Shown: one piece after another, positions 1 through 8,239 of the stretch | Position numbering within the stretch: position 1 is the stretch's first letter | How the letters are laid out: the number at the start of each line of letters is the position of its first letter | DNA from: Candidatus Hadarchaeota archaeon | GTDB lineage: Archaea > CAYQAE01 > CAYVLA01 | Length of the DNA stretch: 64,000 nt | Direction: 5' to 3' | Assembly: GCA_964621445.1 (NCBI GenBank) | Contig: CAZUNO010000003.1 | Span: forward strand, 64,001-128,000 | Made by a program: the position numbers and the translations under genes | Notes under the pieces: generated by a model | The model's database searches: none | Seen by the model: the letters and a program-made list of their open reading frames with translations, nothing else | What the model was told of the DNA's origin: nothing

Positions 1-248
1 TAGGGATCCATCCTGATTATATTCATTGGGCACACTGCTTTGCAGAGGCCACACTGGGTACACTTCTCCTTATCGACCACGAACCCGCCGTACTTGTTCA
101 TGGTTATTGCTTTGGTGGGACAGATATCTGCACACATTCCACAGGTAATGCAGCTCACAACCCTCCCACCTACCTCCATTATGGCCTGGGTTGGGCATTC
201 TCGTATGCAGGCACCGCAGTTAGTGCAATCGGAGGTGGTCACGAACAT
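1..248 (-). CDS. ehbK: Polyferredoxin, Ehb hydrogenase subunit K (5' part only, runs off window; not in ORF track)
   Basis: Manual translation from ATG 248: MFVTTSDCTNCGACIRECPTQAI...SCITCGMCADICPTKAITMNKYGGFVVDKEKCTQCGLCKAVCP. Three CxxCxxCxxxCP motifs; TGATG overlap with ehbJ; position in operon. Confidence 0.85.
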   Translation of the reverse strand, partial: MFVTTSDCTNCGACIRECPTQAIMEVGGRVVSCITCGMCADICPTKAITMNKYGGFVVDKEKCTQCGLCKAVCPMNIIRMDP

Positions 249-553
249 CAGTTACCACTCCCCGCTGCTTTGCCTCTCCTTCCAAGGATCTCTCTGCCGG
301 CGACAAGACCCAGGATGGAGAATAGAAAGGCACCGGAAAGACCGGGCCACAAGGACGTAGAATCCAAAACGACCGTGTCCAGGCGGTAGAAGTGGAAGTC
401 ATATGCTCCATAAAGAAACACGGCCGCTAGAATGCCGAATAAGTAACCTACCCGAACCCTTCCCTCAGAGGTTGTGGAACGGAGCCGGGATCCCAGTAGA
501 GCCCCGAAAATGAAGGCCAGGACTATCTCACCCACGGGGACAAGGATATTCAA
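248..553 (-). CDS. ehbJ: Ehb membrane subunit J
   Basis: Small 3-TM protein (AFIFGALLG...G..ILGR) lying between the MnhB-like gene and the polyferredoxin, as in ehb operons. Confidence 0.7.
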   Translation of the reverse strand: MNILVPVGEIVLAFIFGALLGSRLRSTTSEGRVRVGYLFGILAAVFLYGAYDFHFYRLDTVVLDSTSLWPGLSGAFLFSILGLVAGREILGRRGKAAGSGN

Positions 554-1392
554 CTCTTCTTCGCCTCCGTGAGAACTAGAATCAGGGTGGAAAGCCCACC
601 CAGAACCTTCAGTAATATTGCAATATTGAGAAAAGGAATAAGGCCAGGGCCTTCGTAGGGCCGATTCGGGGCATCAGGATAGTTCAACTCCGCGTTCACG
701 CCGGTATCGGCGGGTGAGTGGTAGCTCTCTACGATGCTATCCTCGATGACATCGGTATAGCCAAGATTGGATCCCGTATTGTATAGGAAAAATCCGGTGG
801 TCAGGACTCCTACCAGGCCCAGTGTAAGGAAGGTCAAAGCACCTATGGTTTCCAGGGAGGAGAGAGCCCCGTGCTTTAGATCTATCGGATTGCGCTTCAG
901 TCCATAGGCCACGACCCCTAGAAGATAGGCCGAGGCCACTATTGACCCGCCCTGGAAGCCTCCTCCCGGCGTGATGTGGCCTCCCAGGGTAATCACTATG
1001 CCGTAGGCAGCGATAACCACTATGAGGGGGTAACTAAATATTTTGATTATCACCGAATCGTGAGCTTCGGAGAGTCCCTGCCCGTGCTCCTCGGCCTTTT
1101 CCTTGGCCTTTTGCAGGGCACCCCTTCCAAAGAGCATGGAGGTCACAACCACCCCGGTGACCAGGACAAGCGCCTCTCCAAGGGTGTCAAAGCCTCTCCA
1201 GTCAAATAACACAACCGTGACCTGGTTTGGGGCAATATAGACACCAAGGTAGTTATACATCCGGGAAACGTACATCCTGAGCCCTGTATCCGAGGACACC
1301 TCGGCCAGCCTCAGCGTCTCTCGGAATAGAAGACCGCCGAAACCGGCCACCAGTATCATGATAATTAGGGATCTAGCAATGCCCCGTTTCAT
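550..1392 (-). CDS. Fused EhbH-EhbI (MnhB-like) membrane subunit
   Basis: N-half has the EhbH-type DWRGFDTLGE...FGRG motif; C-half has the MnhB/EhbI motif GGHITPGGGFQGG. One continuous ORF; ATG 1392 overlaps the upstream TGA. Confidence 0.8.
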   Translation of the reverse strand: MKRGIARSLIIMILVAGFGGLLFRETLRLAEVSSDTGLRMYVSRMYNYLGVYIAPNQVTVVLFDWRGFDTLGEALVLVTGVVVTSMLFGRGALQKAKEKAEEHGQGLSEAHDSVIIKIFSYPLIVVIAAYGIVITLGGHITPGGGFQGGSIVASAYLLGVVAYGLKRNPIDLKHGALSSLETIGALTFLTLGLVGVLTTGFFLYNTGSNLGYTDVIEDSIVESYHSPADTGVNAELNYPDAPNRPYEGPGLIPFLNIAILLKVLGGLSTLILVLTEAKKS

Positions 1393-1727
1393 CCCGACCA
1401 CGACCACGCTATCAGAACGGTAACTGCAAACAGCACTACCATGACATAGAAGGCCATCGAATCAAAATCACCGCTGGACTCCACCCTCAGTCTGATTCCT
1501 GCCGGGAGATTATTTACCAATAGAAGAACCAGGACGGCCATTCCCAGCAAGGCCGCAGCCAGGCCAAAATTGAAAATCGAAAATAGGCTGATGACCAATA
1601 GAATGATGGGGATCTCCACACCTATGAAGGAGCCAACCACGAAGCTCTTATCCTCTGCCTCCTCTCCCTCCTTAGATTCCAGCGAGGAACTCAAGATGTG
1701 ATCAAAGATCTCAGAAATTCTCGTCAA
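1389..1727 (-). CDS. ehbG: Ehb membrane subunit G-like
   Basis: 112-aa hydrophobic ORF between ehbF and ehbH; assigned mainly by synteny. Confidence 0.55.
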   Translation of the reverse strand: MTRISEIFDHILSSSLESKEGEEAEDKSFVVGSFIGVEIPIILLVISLFSIFNFGLAAALLGMAVLVLLLVNNLPAGIRLRVESSGDFDSMAFYVMVVLFAVTVLIAWSWSG

Positions 1728-1730
1728 TGT

Positions 1731-3272
1731 TTAACCTCCAAAAAGGGCCGTCAAGCCCGCAATGATGGGATTAATTGCCACATCGGGCATCAAGCCGAAG
1801 AAAATCTCAAGTACCACCGGCACGGTCAGAGCCAACATCATGGCAAATGGAATTTCAAGCGGCTTGGACTCGGTTCCATCATCTGCCGGTCTCAGGAATA
1901 TGAGAACAAACGCCTTGGCAACGGCATAGAAGACCATGACCGTGCTAACCACCATGAGTAGACCCACGGTAAGGAAGCCGTTCTGGAAGGCGAATTGAAT
2001 TAACCTCCACTCGCTCTGGAAGCAGTTCAGGGGAGGAAGGCCGGCCACGGCAAGCATCGAAATCAGGGTGAGTACCGCAAATTCACCGTTTCTCCTGGCA
2101 AGTCCCTTGAGCTTGGTCATATTGGTGTGACCATATTCATGCAATATTACAGCCGCGCTTATGAACAGGGCAGAGGTCACGATAATCTCGTTAAATCCGT
2201 GGAATATTCCGTAGGCCATTCCTTCGTGTCCCCAGGCATAGACCGGCCCCTGGTTACCGTAGCTGGGCATTCTTCTGAAGAATGATAATCCAATGGCCAC
2301 CAGACCAGCCTGGTTAATGGCCACGTAAGCTATCAGACGCCTGTAGTCATTTTGCAGCATGGCCAACACCGCCCCGATCATCATGGCCACGGTGCCTATG
2401 AGCATCATCGCCTCCCAGGTCGCATCCTGCCAGAAGAACAGCCGAGCTATTAGGACGCCCACGGCAATCAGAAGCACCTTGGATATGGCCTGCAACACCG
2501 CACCGGCCTCCGGTGACGCCCGGGAATAGAGCTCCGATTTTATGGTATGGAAGGGGGGCAGGCCTCCGCCGTATGTCCAGGCAAATATCAGCAGTGCCAG
2601 ACCCATGAAGATCATTGGGGCATCGCGCTGGGTTGCACCGCTGGCGAAGAACTCGAACATATCTGAGACGTTCAATACCCCCGTGGAACCCAGTAGAAAT
2701 CCGACTCCCAGAAGCAACATGGCCCCGGCCACCGATCCCAGAAGCATGTACTTGAGCGAGGTTCTAAAGGCGTCGCCCTTGTTCAACCAGGCCACTATTC
2801 CCGCTTGAGCTACCGTGCAAATCTCGAAGAACACGAACATATTGAAAACATCGTCCACCAGGGCCACGGCACAGGCCGTCGATATGGCCATGAGTATTAG
2901 GAAAATGTAGACCCCGGAGACCTTCTCGTGCATCACCAGGCATACGGAAACGGCCAAGGCAGACATAACCGCAAAGCCCAGGAGGAGAACCATCTGAACC
3001 TGGGTATACTGGTAGGCTATACCCAGGTTGAAGGCCATATTGACCCCCTCGTCAAGGAAATACTCCACCTCGGGATGGGCACCGAAAACGTAATAGCTAT
3101 CTTCGTAGGATGTAAAGAAGGGTAGACAAACCAGGGCTATCATCCCTATGGATGCCAGGGCCTTGACGGCCTTGCTTCTCTTGTACAGGAAGTTTGATAC
3201 CACGGCAACTATTATGGGAATGACCACGAAGAGGGGTATGGTCTCCTGAAGGCCGAAGATGGGGCTAATCAT
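1731..3272 (-). CDS. ehbF: Ehb antiporter-like subunit F (MnhD/NuoN family)
   Basis: About 14 TM segments; DDVFNMFVFFEI, GLPPFHTIKSELYSRA and GLPPLNCFQSEW motifs. Confidence 0.85.
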   Translation of the reverse strand: MISPIFGLQETIPLFVVIPIIVAVVSNFLYKRSKAVKALASIGMIALVCLPFFTSYEDSYYVFGAHPEVEYFLDEGVNMAFNLGIAYQYTQVQMVLLLGFAVMSALAVSVCLVMHEKVSGVYIFLILMAISTACAVALVDDVFNMFVFFEICTVAQAGIVAWLNKGDAFRTSLKYMLLGSVAGAMLLLGVGFLLGSTGVLNVSDMFEFFASGATQRDAPMIFMGLALLIFAWTYGGGLPPFHTIKSELYSRASPEAGAVLQAISKVLLIAVGVLIARLFFWQDATWEAMMLIGTVAMMIGAVLAMLQNDYRRLIAYVAINQAGLVAIGLSFFRRMPSYGNQGPVYAWGHEGMAYGIFHGFNEIIVTSALFISAAVILHEYGHTNMTKLKGLARRNGEFAVLTLISMLAVAGLPPLNCFQSEWRLIQFAFQNGFLTVGLLMVVSTVMVFYAVAKAFVLIFLRPADDGTESKPLEIPFAMMLALTVPVVLEIFFGLMPDVAINPIIAGLTALFGG

Positions 3273-3684
3273 TGTTCTCCTCCCCTAATACTTCGGAGGC
3301 ATTCAGGCTCTCCTTCTGCTGGTACATCTTGATGGTCAGGCCCAGTACCACGGCCATGGTTGCGGCGCCGATGACTATGTTGGTTAGAACCAGGGCGTAT
3401 GGAAGACAGAAGCCGGCCTCGGTCGCAAACTCGGCGGTAGCTACCCCCATTGAGGAATTCATGGATTCGTAGAACTCCTCGGTGAAGATGGGAACGATTC
3501 CTCCGTCTGGGGCCTGAAGAGGATAACCCAAGGCTACCAGGAAAAGGTTCACACCATCGGTCAGGAACATCATTCCCAGGATCTTCTTGATCAGGTTGTC
3601 CAGGAACAGGACGGCCACTAGGCCGATGAGTACCAGGCTAACGGAGCCCAGAAGAGATGCCGTCTGGATATTAATGAGGGTCAT
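3265..3684 (-). CDS. ehbE: Ehb subunit E (MnhC family)
   Basis: LDNLIKKILG...GVNLFLVALGY...LPYALVLTNIVIGA. Confidence 0.85.
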   Translation of the reverse strand: MTLINIQTASLLGSVSLVLIGLVAVLFLDNLIKKILGMMFLTDGVNLFLVALGYPLQAPDGGIVPIFTEEFYESMNSSMGVATAEFATEAGFCLPYALVLTNIVIGAATMAVVLGLTIKMYQQKESLNASEVLGEENND

Positions 3685-3938
3685 TCCTCCCACCTCGTGG
3701 TCTTGTAAACTGCTATGAACATCAGGGCTGGTAGGAGAGCCGAAGCCAGGATGGCTTGGGTTATGGCGACATCGGGAGTAAGCAGCCTCATGAATAGAAT
3801 GGAAAGTGATAGACCCTCGATACCCCCACCGACTATAACCGCCTTGTAAAGGTCACGCGGCAATAAGGACAGAATGGCTATTATCACCGATGCCAAGATA
3901 AGTGCATATACCGGAAGGTCGGCCAGCACTGCCGTCAT
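3681..3938 (-). CDS. ehbD: Ehb subunit D (DUF4040/MnhB N-terminal-like)
   Basis: RDLYKAVI...LLTPDVAITQAI...AVYKTTRWEE. Confidence 0.8.
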   Translation of the reverse strand: MTAVLADLPVYALILASVIIAILSLLPRDLYKAVIVGGGIEGLSLSILFMRLLTPDVAITQAILASALLPALMFIAVYKTTRWEE

Positions 3939-4225
3939 TCAGCCCTCTCCTCCTCCACCATGAAGTGGCGTGCATTGGCAATGGTATGCCCAGCAACCGG
4001 CATCAGAATAAAGTAGGTGAGAGCCACCAGAGGGTAACCCAGAACCAGGAGGATAGCCATGCAGGTGACATCCACCACACCCACGATGTGGATCCTGCCG
4101 TAAAGGATATTGTTAACGTTATCTTTGAACCGCCAGAGGCCTATGCATGCGAAAAAAATGAGCACCGAAGCCACTATCAGCACAAGGCCCTGAAGGAGTT
4201 CCATGAGGCCCTCAAGACCAATCAT
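3935..4225 (-). CDS. ehbC: Ehb subunit C (MnhG family)
   Basis: GLWRF...NILYGRIHIVGVVD...P.AGHTIANA. Confidence 0.8.
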   Translation of the reverse strand: MIGLEGLMELLQGLVLIVASVLIFFACIGLWRFKDNVNNILYGRIHIVGVVDVTCMAILLVLGYPLVALTYFILMPVAGHTIANARHFMVEEERAE

Positions 4226-4524
4226 CGGAAGGTTCCCTCCCTGAGAACCCTGGAGAACATCAGTATTCCAATGGCCCCAAAGACGATGAGGACGAAGGTT
4301 ATCTCCCTAGCGTAGGCAATTCCGAATTCCCTTGCTAGGAGAATTAGCGCCGTTCCCAGGGAGATGGTGGCCACGTTGGCCCCCACTAGGGATGTCGTGG
4401 ATCCTTTCCTCGCTACCAACCGGGCGCCGGTAAGAAAAGAGATCGAAAGGGCAACGAATAGAAAGTATGTGCCCAAATCAAGCACCAGGGGCCCCAGATC
4501 TCCATAGGCAATCAAAACAGTCAC
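4222..4524 (-). CDS. ehbB: Ehb subunit B (MnhF-like)
   Basis: 3-TM protein ending FSRVLRE; synteny. Confidence 0.7.
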   Translation of the reverse strand: MTVLIAYGDLGPLVLDLGTYFLFVALSISFLTGARLVARKGSTTSLVGANVATISLGTALILLAREFGIAYAREITFVLIVFGAIGILMFSRVLREGTFR

Positions 4525-4832
4525 TCCAGCATTCCTTTGATGAATCTCTCAAACGGTATGATTTCCTCAACCGGCCTGGGGGTTATGACTGCCACTAGCA
4601 ATTTCTTCTCAGGGTTATCGATATCGATAGTTAGCGTTCCAGGAGTTAGGGTTATGCTGTTGGCCAACACAGTCTGGCTTACTTCCTTGCTCAGCACGGT
4701 GTCTATCTCCATAACCGTGGGATTTACGTCACCGGTAAGACACAACCAAGCCGTCTTGACGGCAGCGAGGGCCATGTTCCAAGCCAAATCAACTAGATAC
4801 GCTATAGCGTAGACGATCCGTAAAGGTAACAT
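4521..4832 (-). CDS. ehbA: Ehb subunit A (MnhE family)
   Basis: SQTVLANSITLTPGTLTIDID...IIPFERFIKGMLE; likely start at ATG 4832. Confidence 0.85.
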   Translation of the reverse strand: MLPLRIVYAIAYLVDLAWNMALAAVKTAWLCLTGDVNPTVMEIDTVLSKEVSQTVLANSITLTPGTLTIDIDNPEKKLLVAVITPRPVEEIIPFERFIKGMLE

Positions 4833-4994
4833 GGGTTGACCCTCGGTCTTATGTGAGATCGAGGCCCGAAATCCGCTAATAAATCTTTCACGGGGTAACA
4901 AAGTGTCCACCTAGGCGTGTCATTCGAGCCGTAACCGGAAAGAATTATCAGAATACGTTCCTCTTGAACCCTAATCTCGATTTTCTATATTATC

Positions 4995-5804
4995 TTGGAC
5001 GGAGGCAGAATCTTGGATTTGGATAAACTCTTGCAGGAATACAAGCGAGGCATGATCTCGGAAAAGGAGCTCCTTGCCAAACTTAAGATGGACCATTTGC
5101 AGACCATGGAGGACAGGTTCAGATACGATATATCCAGGGAGGCAAGGACCGGTTTTCCTGAAGCGGTTTTAGCTATCAGGAAGAGTGCTGAGGACATAGC
5201 AAAGATCGTTAAAAGCGTGGTACCGGTGAAGGGATCTGTACTGGTTACCAAGCTGGATGAAGAGAAGATGGAGAAGGTTAGATCCATGCTCGAGGAGGAA
5301 TGCTCAAGTGACGATCTACAAATCGAATATCACCGGGACCCGGAGTTGCTACTTGTAAGGGGTTCCAATTATGATCCTCCCCAAAAGATTGGCTGTTCGG
5401 TTGGGATAATAGCCGCTGGCACCTCCGATATTCCAATAGCAGAGGAGGCCAGGCTGATTCTGGATGAATCTGGCATAGAGACACTAAAGGCATATGATGT
5501 CGGGGTTGCCGGTCTTCACAGGATATTTCCTCCGGTAAGAAGGATGCTGGACGAAGGAGTAGATGTACTAATAGTTGTAGCGGGAATGGAAGGTGCACTT
5601 CCCTCGGTGGTAAAGGGGCTGGTCGACCTGCCGGTTATCGGCGTTCCCTCCTCAGTTGGATATGGTTATGAGGCAGGAAGATCAGCTTTGATAGCCATGC
5701 TCAACTCCTGTGTACCTGGAATAACGGTCACAAATATAGATAACGGCTTCGGAGCCGCAGCCGCGGCCCACAGCATCTGCAGAAGGATATCCGTCCATAA
5801 ATGA
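4995..5804 (+). CDS. larB: Nickel pincer cofactor biosynthesis protein LarB (PurE-like)
   Basis: D..REARTGFPEAV, AGTSDIPIAEEA, DVGVAGLHR, AGMEGALPSVV, NIDNGFGAA motifs. Confidence 0.9.
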   Translation: MDGGRILDLDKLLQEYKRGMISEKELLAKLKMDHLQTMEDRFRYDISREARTGFPEAVLAIRKSAEDIAKIVKSVVPVKGSVLVTKLDEEKMEKVRSMLEEECSSDDLQIEYHRDPELLLVRGSNYDPPQKIGCSVGIIAAGTSDIPIAEEARLILDESGIETLKAYDVGVAGLHRIFPPVRRMLDEGVDVLIVVAGMEGALPSVVKGLVDLPVIGVPSSVGYGYEAGRSALIAMLNSCVPGITVTNIDNGFGAAAAAHSICRRISVHK

Positions 5805-5860
5805 TGTGAACACCAACATCCCGCACCATTAATTAGCCCCGGATATTCCGCCCCTCTAAC

Positions 5861-6439
5861 TTGCTTAGCAGATACAGAGATACCATAAACGCCTTTTTCG
5901 AAAAGATCGCCGCACATTTCAAATTTCTTCCACCGAATGCAATAACCGTTTCCAGCCTCCTTTTCTCCTTCGTACCCGCCTATCTCTTCTATCTGGGAAT
6001 GGTCCAGATTGGCTCCATCCTTGTTCTTCTATCCGGAGGATTCGATGTCATGGATGGTGCAGTAGCCCGTTTGACCGACAGGGTAACGTTATTTGGGGGA
6101 TTCCTGGATTCCACATTCGATCGTATGGCGGACTTCATAATCCTGGGCGGAATAGCTTTATCGGGAATCGTGGGCTGGGAATTGGTATTATTCACCGCCT
6201 TCGGCTCTTTCATGGTCCCCTATTGCCGTGCCAGGGGCGAAGCGGCTGGATGTGATAAGATGGCGGTTGGAATTGCCGAAAGAGCGGAACGCCAATTGGT
6301 CCTGGTCGCCGGGGGGCTGATTCACCCGCTAGTTGAAGAGGTGAATATCCTCCAGATATCAGTGGCAATACTGGGCATCCTAGCGTGGATAACCGTTTTC
6401 CAGAGGATAATCGCGGCCAAGAGATGTCTAGAGAAATGA
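5861..6439 (+). CDS. CDP-alcohol phosphatidyltransferase (archaetidylinositol-phosphate synthase-like)
   Basis: PNAIT and DxxDGAVAR...GGFLDSTFDR signature; YCRARGE; ERAER. Confidence 0.9.
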   Translation: MLSRYRDTINAFFEKIAAHFKFLPPNAITVSSLLFSFVPAYLFYLGMVQIGSILVLLSGGFDVMDGAVARLTDRVTLFGGFLDSTFDRMADFIILGGIALSGIVGWELVLFTAFGSFMVPYCRARGEAAGCDKMAVGIAERAERQLVLVAGGLIHPLVEEVNILQISVAILGILAWITVFQRIIAAKRCLEK

Positions 6440-6449
6440 GGAGGCGAGT

Positions 6450-6605
6450 TTAGACGAACCGGCAGCGACTCTTGCTTCCCAAAGGGTCTCCCACTTCAGT
6501 ACAACAAGCGACGCTGGCCTGCTTAACTTCCGGGTTCGGATTTCTCCTTCCTTAAATCAGAAGTATGAGACCGGGTGTTGCCAGGCCGCTATGGCCGCCG
6601 GCTCG
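6450..6605 (-). rRNA. rrf: 5S rRNA (solitary), interrupted by a 24-nt insertion
   Basis: Minus strand reads GAGCCGGCGGCCAUAGCGGCCUGGCAACACCCGGUCUCAU-[24 nt]-UCCGAACCCGGAAGUUAAGCAGGCCAGCG...GUACUG...GGGAA...GCUGCCGGUUC. Helix I (11 bp) and the conserved 5S motifs are present. Ends are set by the predicted BHB cuts. Confidence 0.95.
6541..6564 (-). other. Putative BHB-type intron in 5S rRNA loop C
   Basis: CGG-UCUC-AUA-CUUCU...GGAAG-GAGA-AAU-CCG forms a strict hBHBh' motif; removing it restores the 13-nt loop C UCUCAUUCCGAAC. Confidence 0.85.
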
Positions 6606-6637
6606 GTGTCCCTCGCCCCTTCATCTATTTAAGCTAG

Positions 6638-6647
6638 CATTAAAAAT
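6638..6647 (-). promoter_or_regulatory. Candidate TATA box of the 5S rRNA gene
   Basis: Minus-strand TTTTTAAT about 20-25 nt upstream of the precursor stem that begins near 6620. Confidence 0.5.
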
Positions 6648-6745
6648 GTAATTCCAATTCGCATAGATTCGGGGTTATTGATATATCAGTCCTTAGGAAA
6701 AATGAGTAAGACAGATAAATAGAGGTACAAATCACGCGAAACAAG

Positions 6746-7624
6746 ATGGGTAACAAAGACGACCAGGCAATGGATAGTCTCCTTCAGGCACAACAAAACG
6801 AGATCACCGAGTACGAGGTCTACAACCGGATACAGGACCAGATAACTGACGCCCATAACAAGAACGTAGTAAAAAGGATAGCCGATGAGGAGCTATCGCA
6901 TTATCAATTTTTCAAAGAGCACACCGGAAAAGAACTTGAACCATCTAAGTTTCAAATAATGAAGTTCGTTATCCTGTCCAAGATCTTTGGCATAACCTTC
7001 TCGATAAAATTAATGGAAAGAGGGGAAAAGGATGCTCAGGATTTTTATCAAGATCTGATAGATACCGTACCTGAGATCGAGGAGATTTTATCTGATGAAT
7101 ATAGCCATGAAAAGCAGCTCGTTGACCTCCTAGATGAGGAACGTCTCCGGTACACGGGGTCTATTGTCCTCGGTCTTAACGATGCACTGGTTGAACTCAC
7201 GGGAGCGCTTTCGGGTCTCACTCTGGCACTACAGAAGCCAAATCTAGTGGCCGTTACTGGTTTGGTAACCGGGGTTGCAGCGGCACTATCCATGGGGGCT
7301 TCCGAGTATCTATCCACCAAGTCCGTCCCTAACGACACAAAGGACCCCTTTCGAGCCTCGCTTTACACCGGGACTGTCTACATACTAACGGTATTTCTAC
7401 TGGTAGCTCCTTATCTGGCCTTCTCAAACGTATATTATGCCCTTGGCATCACTCTCGTGTGTGCCATCCTGGTTATCCTGATATTTTCCTTTTACATATC
7501 AGTGGCCCAAGATGCCTCCTTCAAAAGGAGATTTGGCGAGATGGCAGGACTAAGTATGGGCGTAGCTGCCCTTTCCTTCATTATAGGTTTCATCATACGG
7601 ACCTTCCTAGGAGTCGATGTGTGA
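6746..7624 (+). CDS. Rubrerythrin-like + VIT1/CCC1 iron transporter fusion
   Basis: Ferritin-like ExxH motifs (EELSH, DEYSHE), then VLGLNDALVELTGAL and ALSMGASEYLS VIT1 motifs. Confidence 0.9.
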   Translation: MGNKDDQAMDSLLQAQQNEITEYEVYNRIQDQITDAHNKNVVKRIADEELSHYQFFKEHTGKELEPSKFQIMKFVILSKIFGITFSIKLMERGEKDAQDFYQDLIDTVPEIEEILSDEYSHEKQLVDLLDEERLRYTGSIVLGLNDALVELTGALSGLTLALQKPNLVAVTGLVTGVAAALSMGASEYLSTKSVPNDTKDPFRASLYTGTVYILTVFLLVAPYLAFSNVYYALGITLVCAILVILIFSFYISVAQDASFKRRFGEMAGLSMGVAALSFIIGFIIRTFLGVDV

Positions 7625-7683
7625 AGGGCATTCTAGGAATGACAGGAAAAGAAATTAAGGTGCCCGGTAAATATTATCTTCAA

Positions 7684-8163
7684 ATGAATGATAAAGAAAC
7701 TCTGGTCATATTTTTACTCATCTGTCTCATCGCCTGGTGTGGATGTATTGGCAGCAAGGAAATAACCTTGAGCAACATCACGCTGTTATCGGAGTTCAAT
7801 GGCCCAGGAAACTACACCGTACTCCAATCAGATGTCCTGGGCGATGCCCAAAATGTGATATTTTACGTGGAGACTACCAACTTCAAGACCCAAAAGGATG
7901 ACGGCCAGTACGAGTTCTGGGTGAGTATGGACATAACTATCGGTGGGCCGGAAGGGGAAATATACGTAGAGAAGCTAAACGATAGGGAGATCCACATAAA
8001 AAATGCCACCAGCAAGCCCACAATGGTATATTACAAGTACCCCTGGAACACGGCGAATCTGGTTCAAAGCGGGGAATACTGGGTCAAGATCGCGGCCACG
8101 GATAAATTGTCCGGGAATATCGTGGAAATGGAGCGCAAATTCCAGGTTGATCTCAATAAATAG
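7684..8163 (+). CDS. Putative secreted lipoprotein, Ig-like beta domain
   Basis: Hydrophobic leader with lipobox-like WCGCIG; GEYWVKIAATD beta-sandwich pattern. Start moved to ATG 7684. Confidence 0.6.
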   Translation: MNDKETLVIFLLICLIAWCGCIGSKEITLSNITLLSEFNGPGNYTVLQSDVLGDAQNVIFYVETTNFKTQKDDGQYEFWVSMDITIGGPEGEIYVEKLNDREIHIKNATSKPTMVYYKYPWNTANLVQSGEYWVKIAATDKLSGNIVEMERKFQVDLNK

Positions 8164-8239
8164 ACGCCATCGAGTTCGTCCCCGGCATTGAGAAAAGATT
8201 GTTAAGTCAATCTTAGACCATTTTATGGAGTGAGCTTCG

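Noticed and set aside
6746-8163. Slightly AT-richer segment next to the 5S gene: possible integrated element
   Set aside because: No integrase, transposase or att-like duplication seen, and the rubrerythrin-VIT1 fusion is a known architecture.
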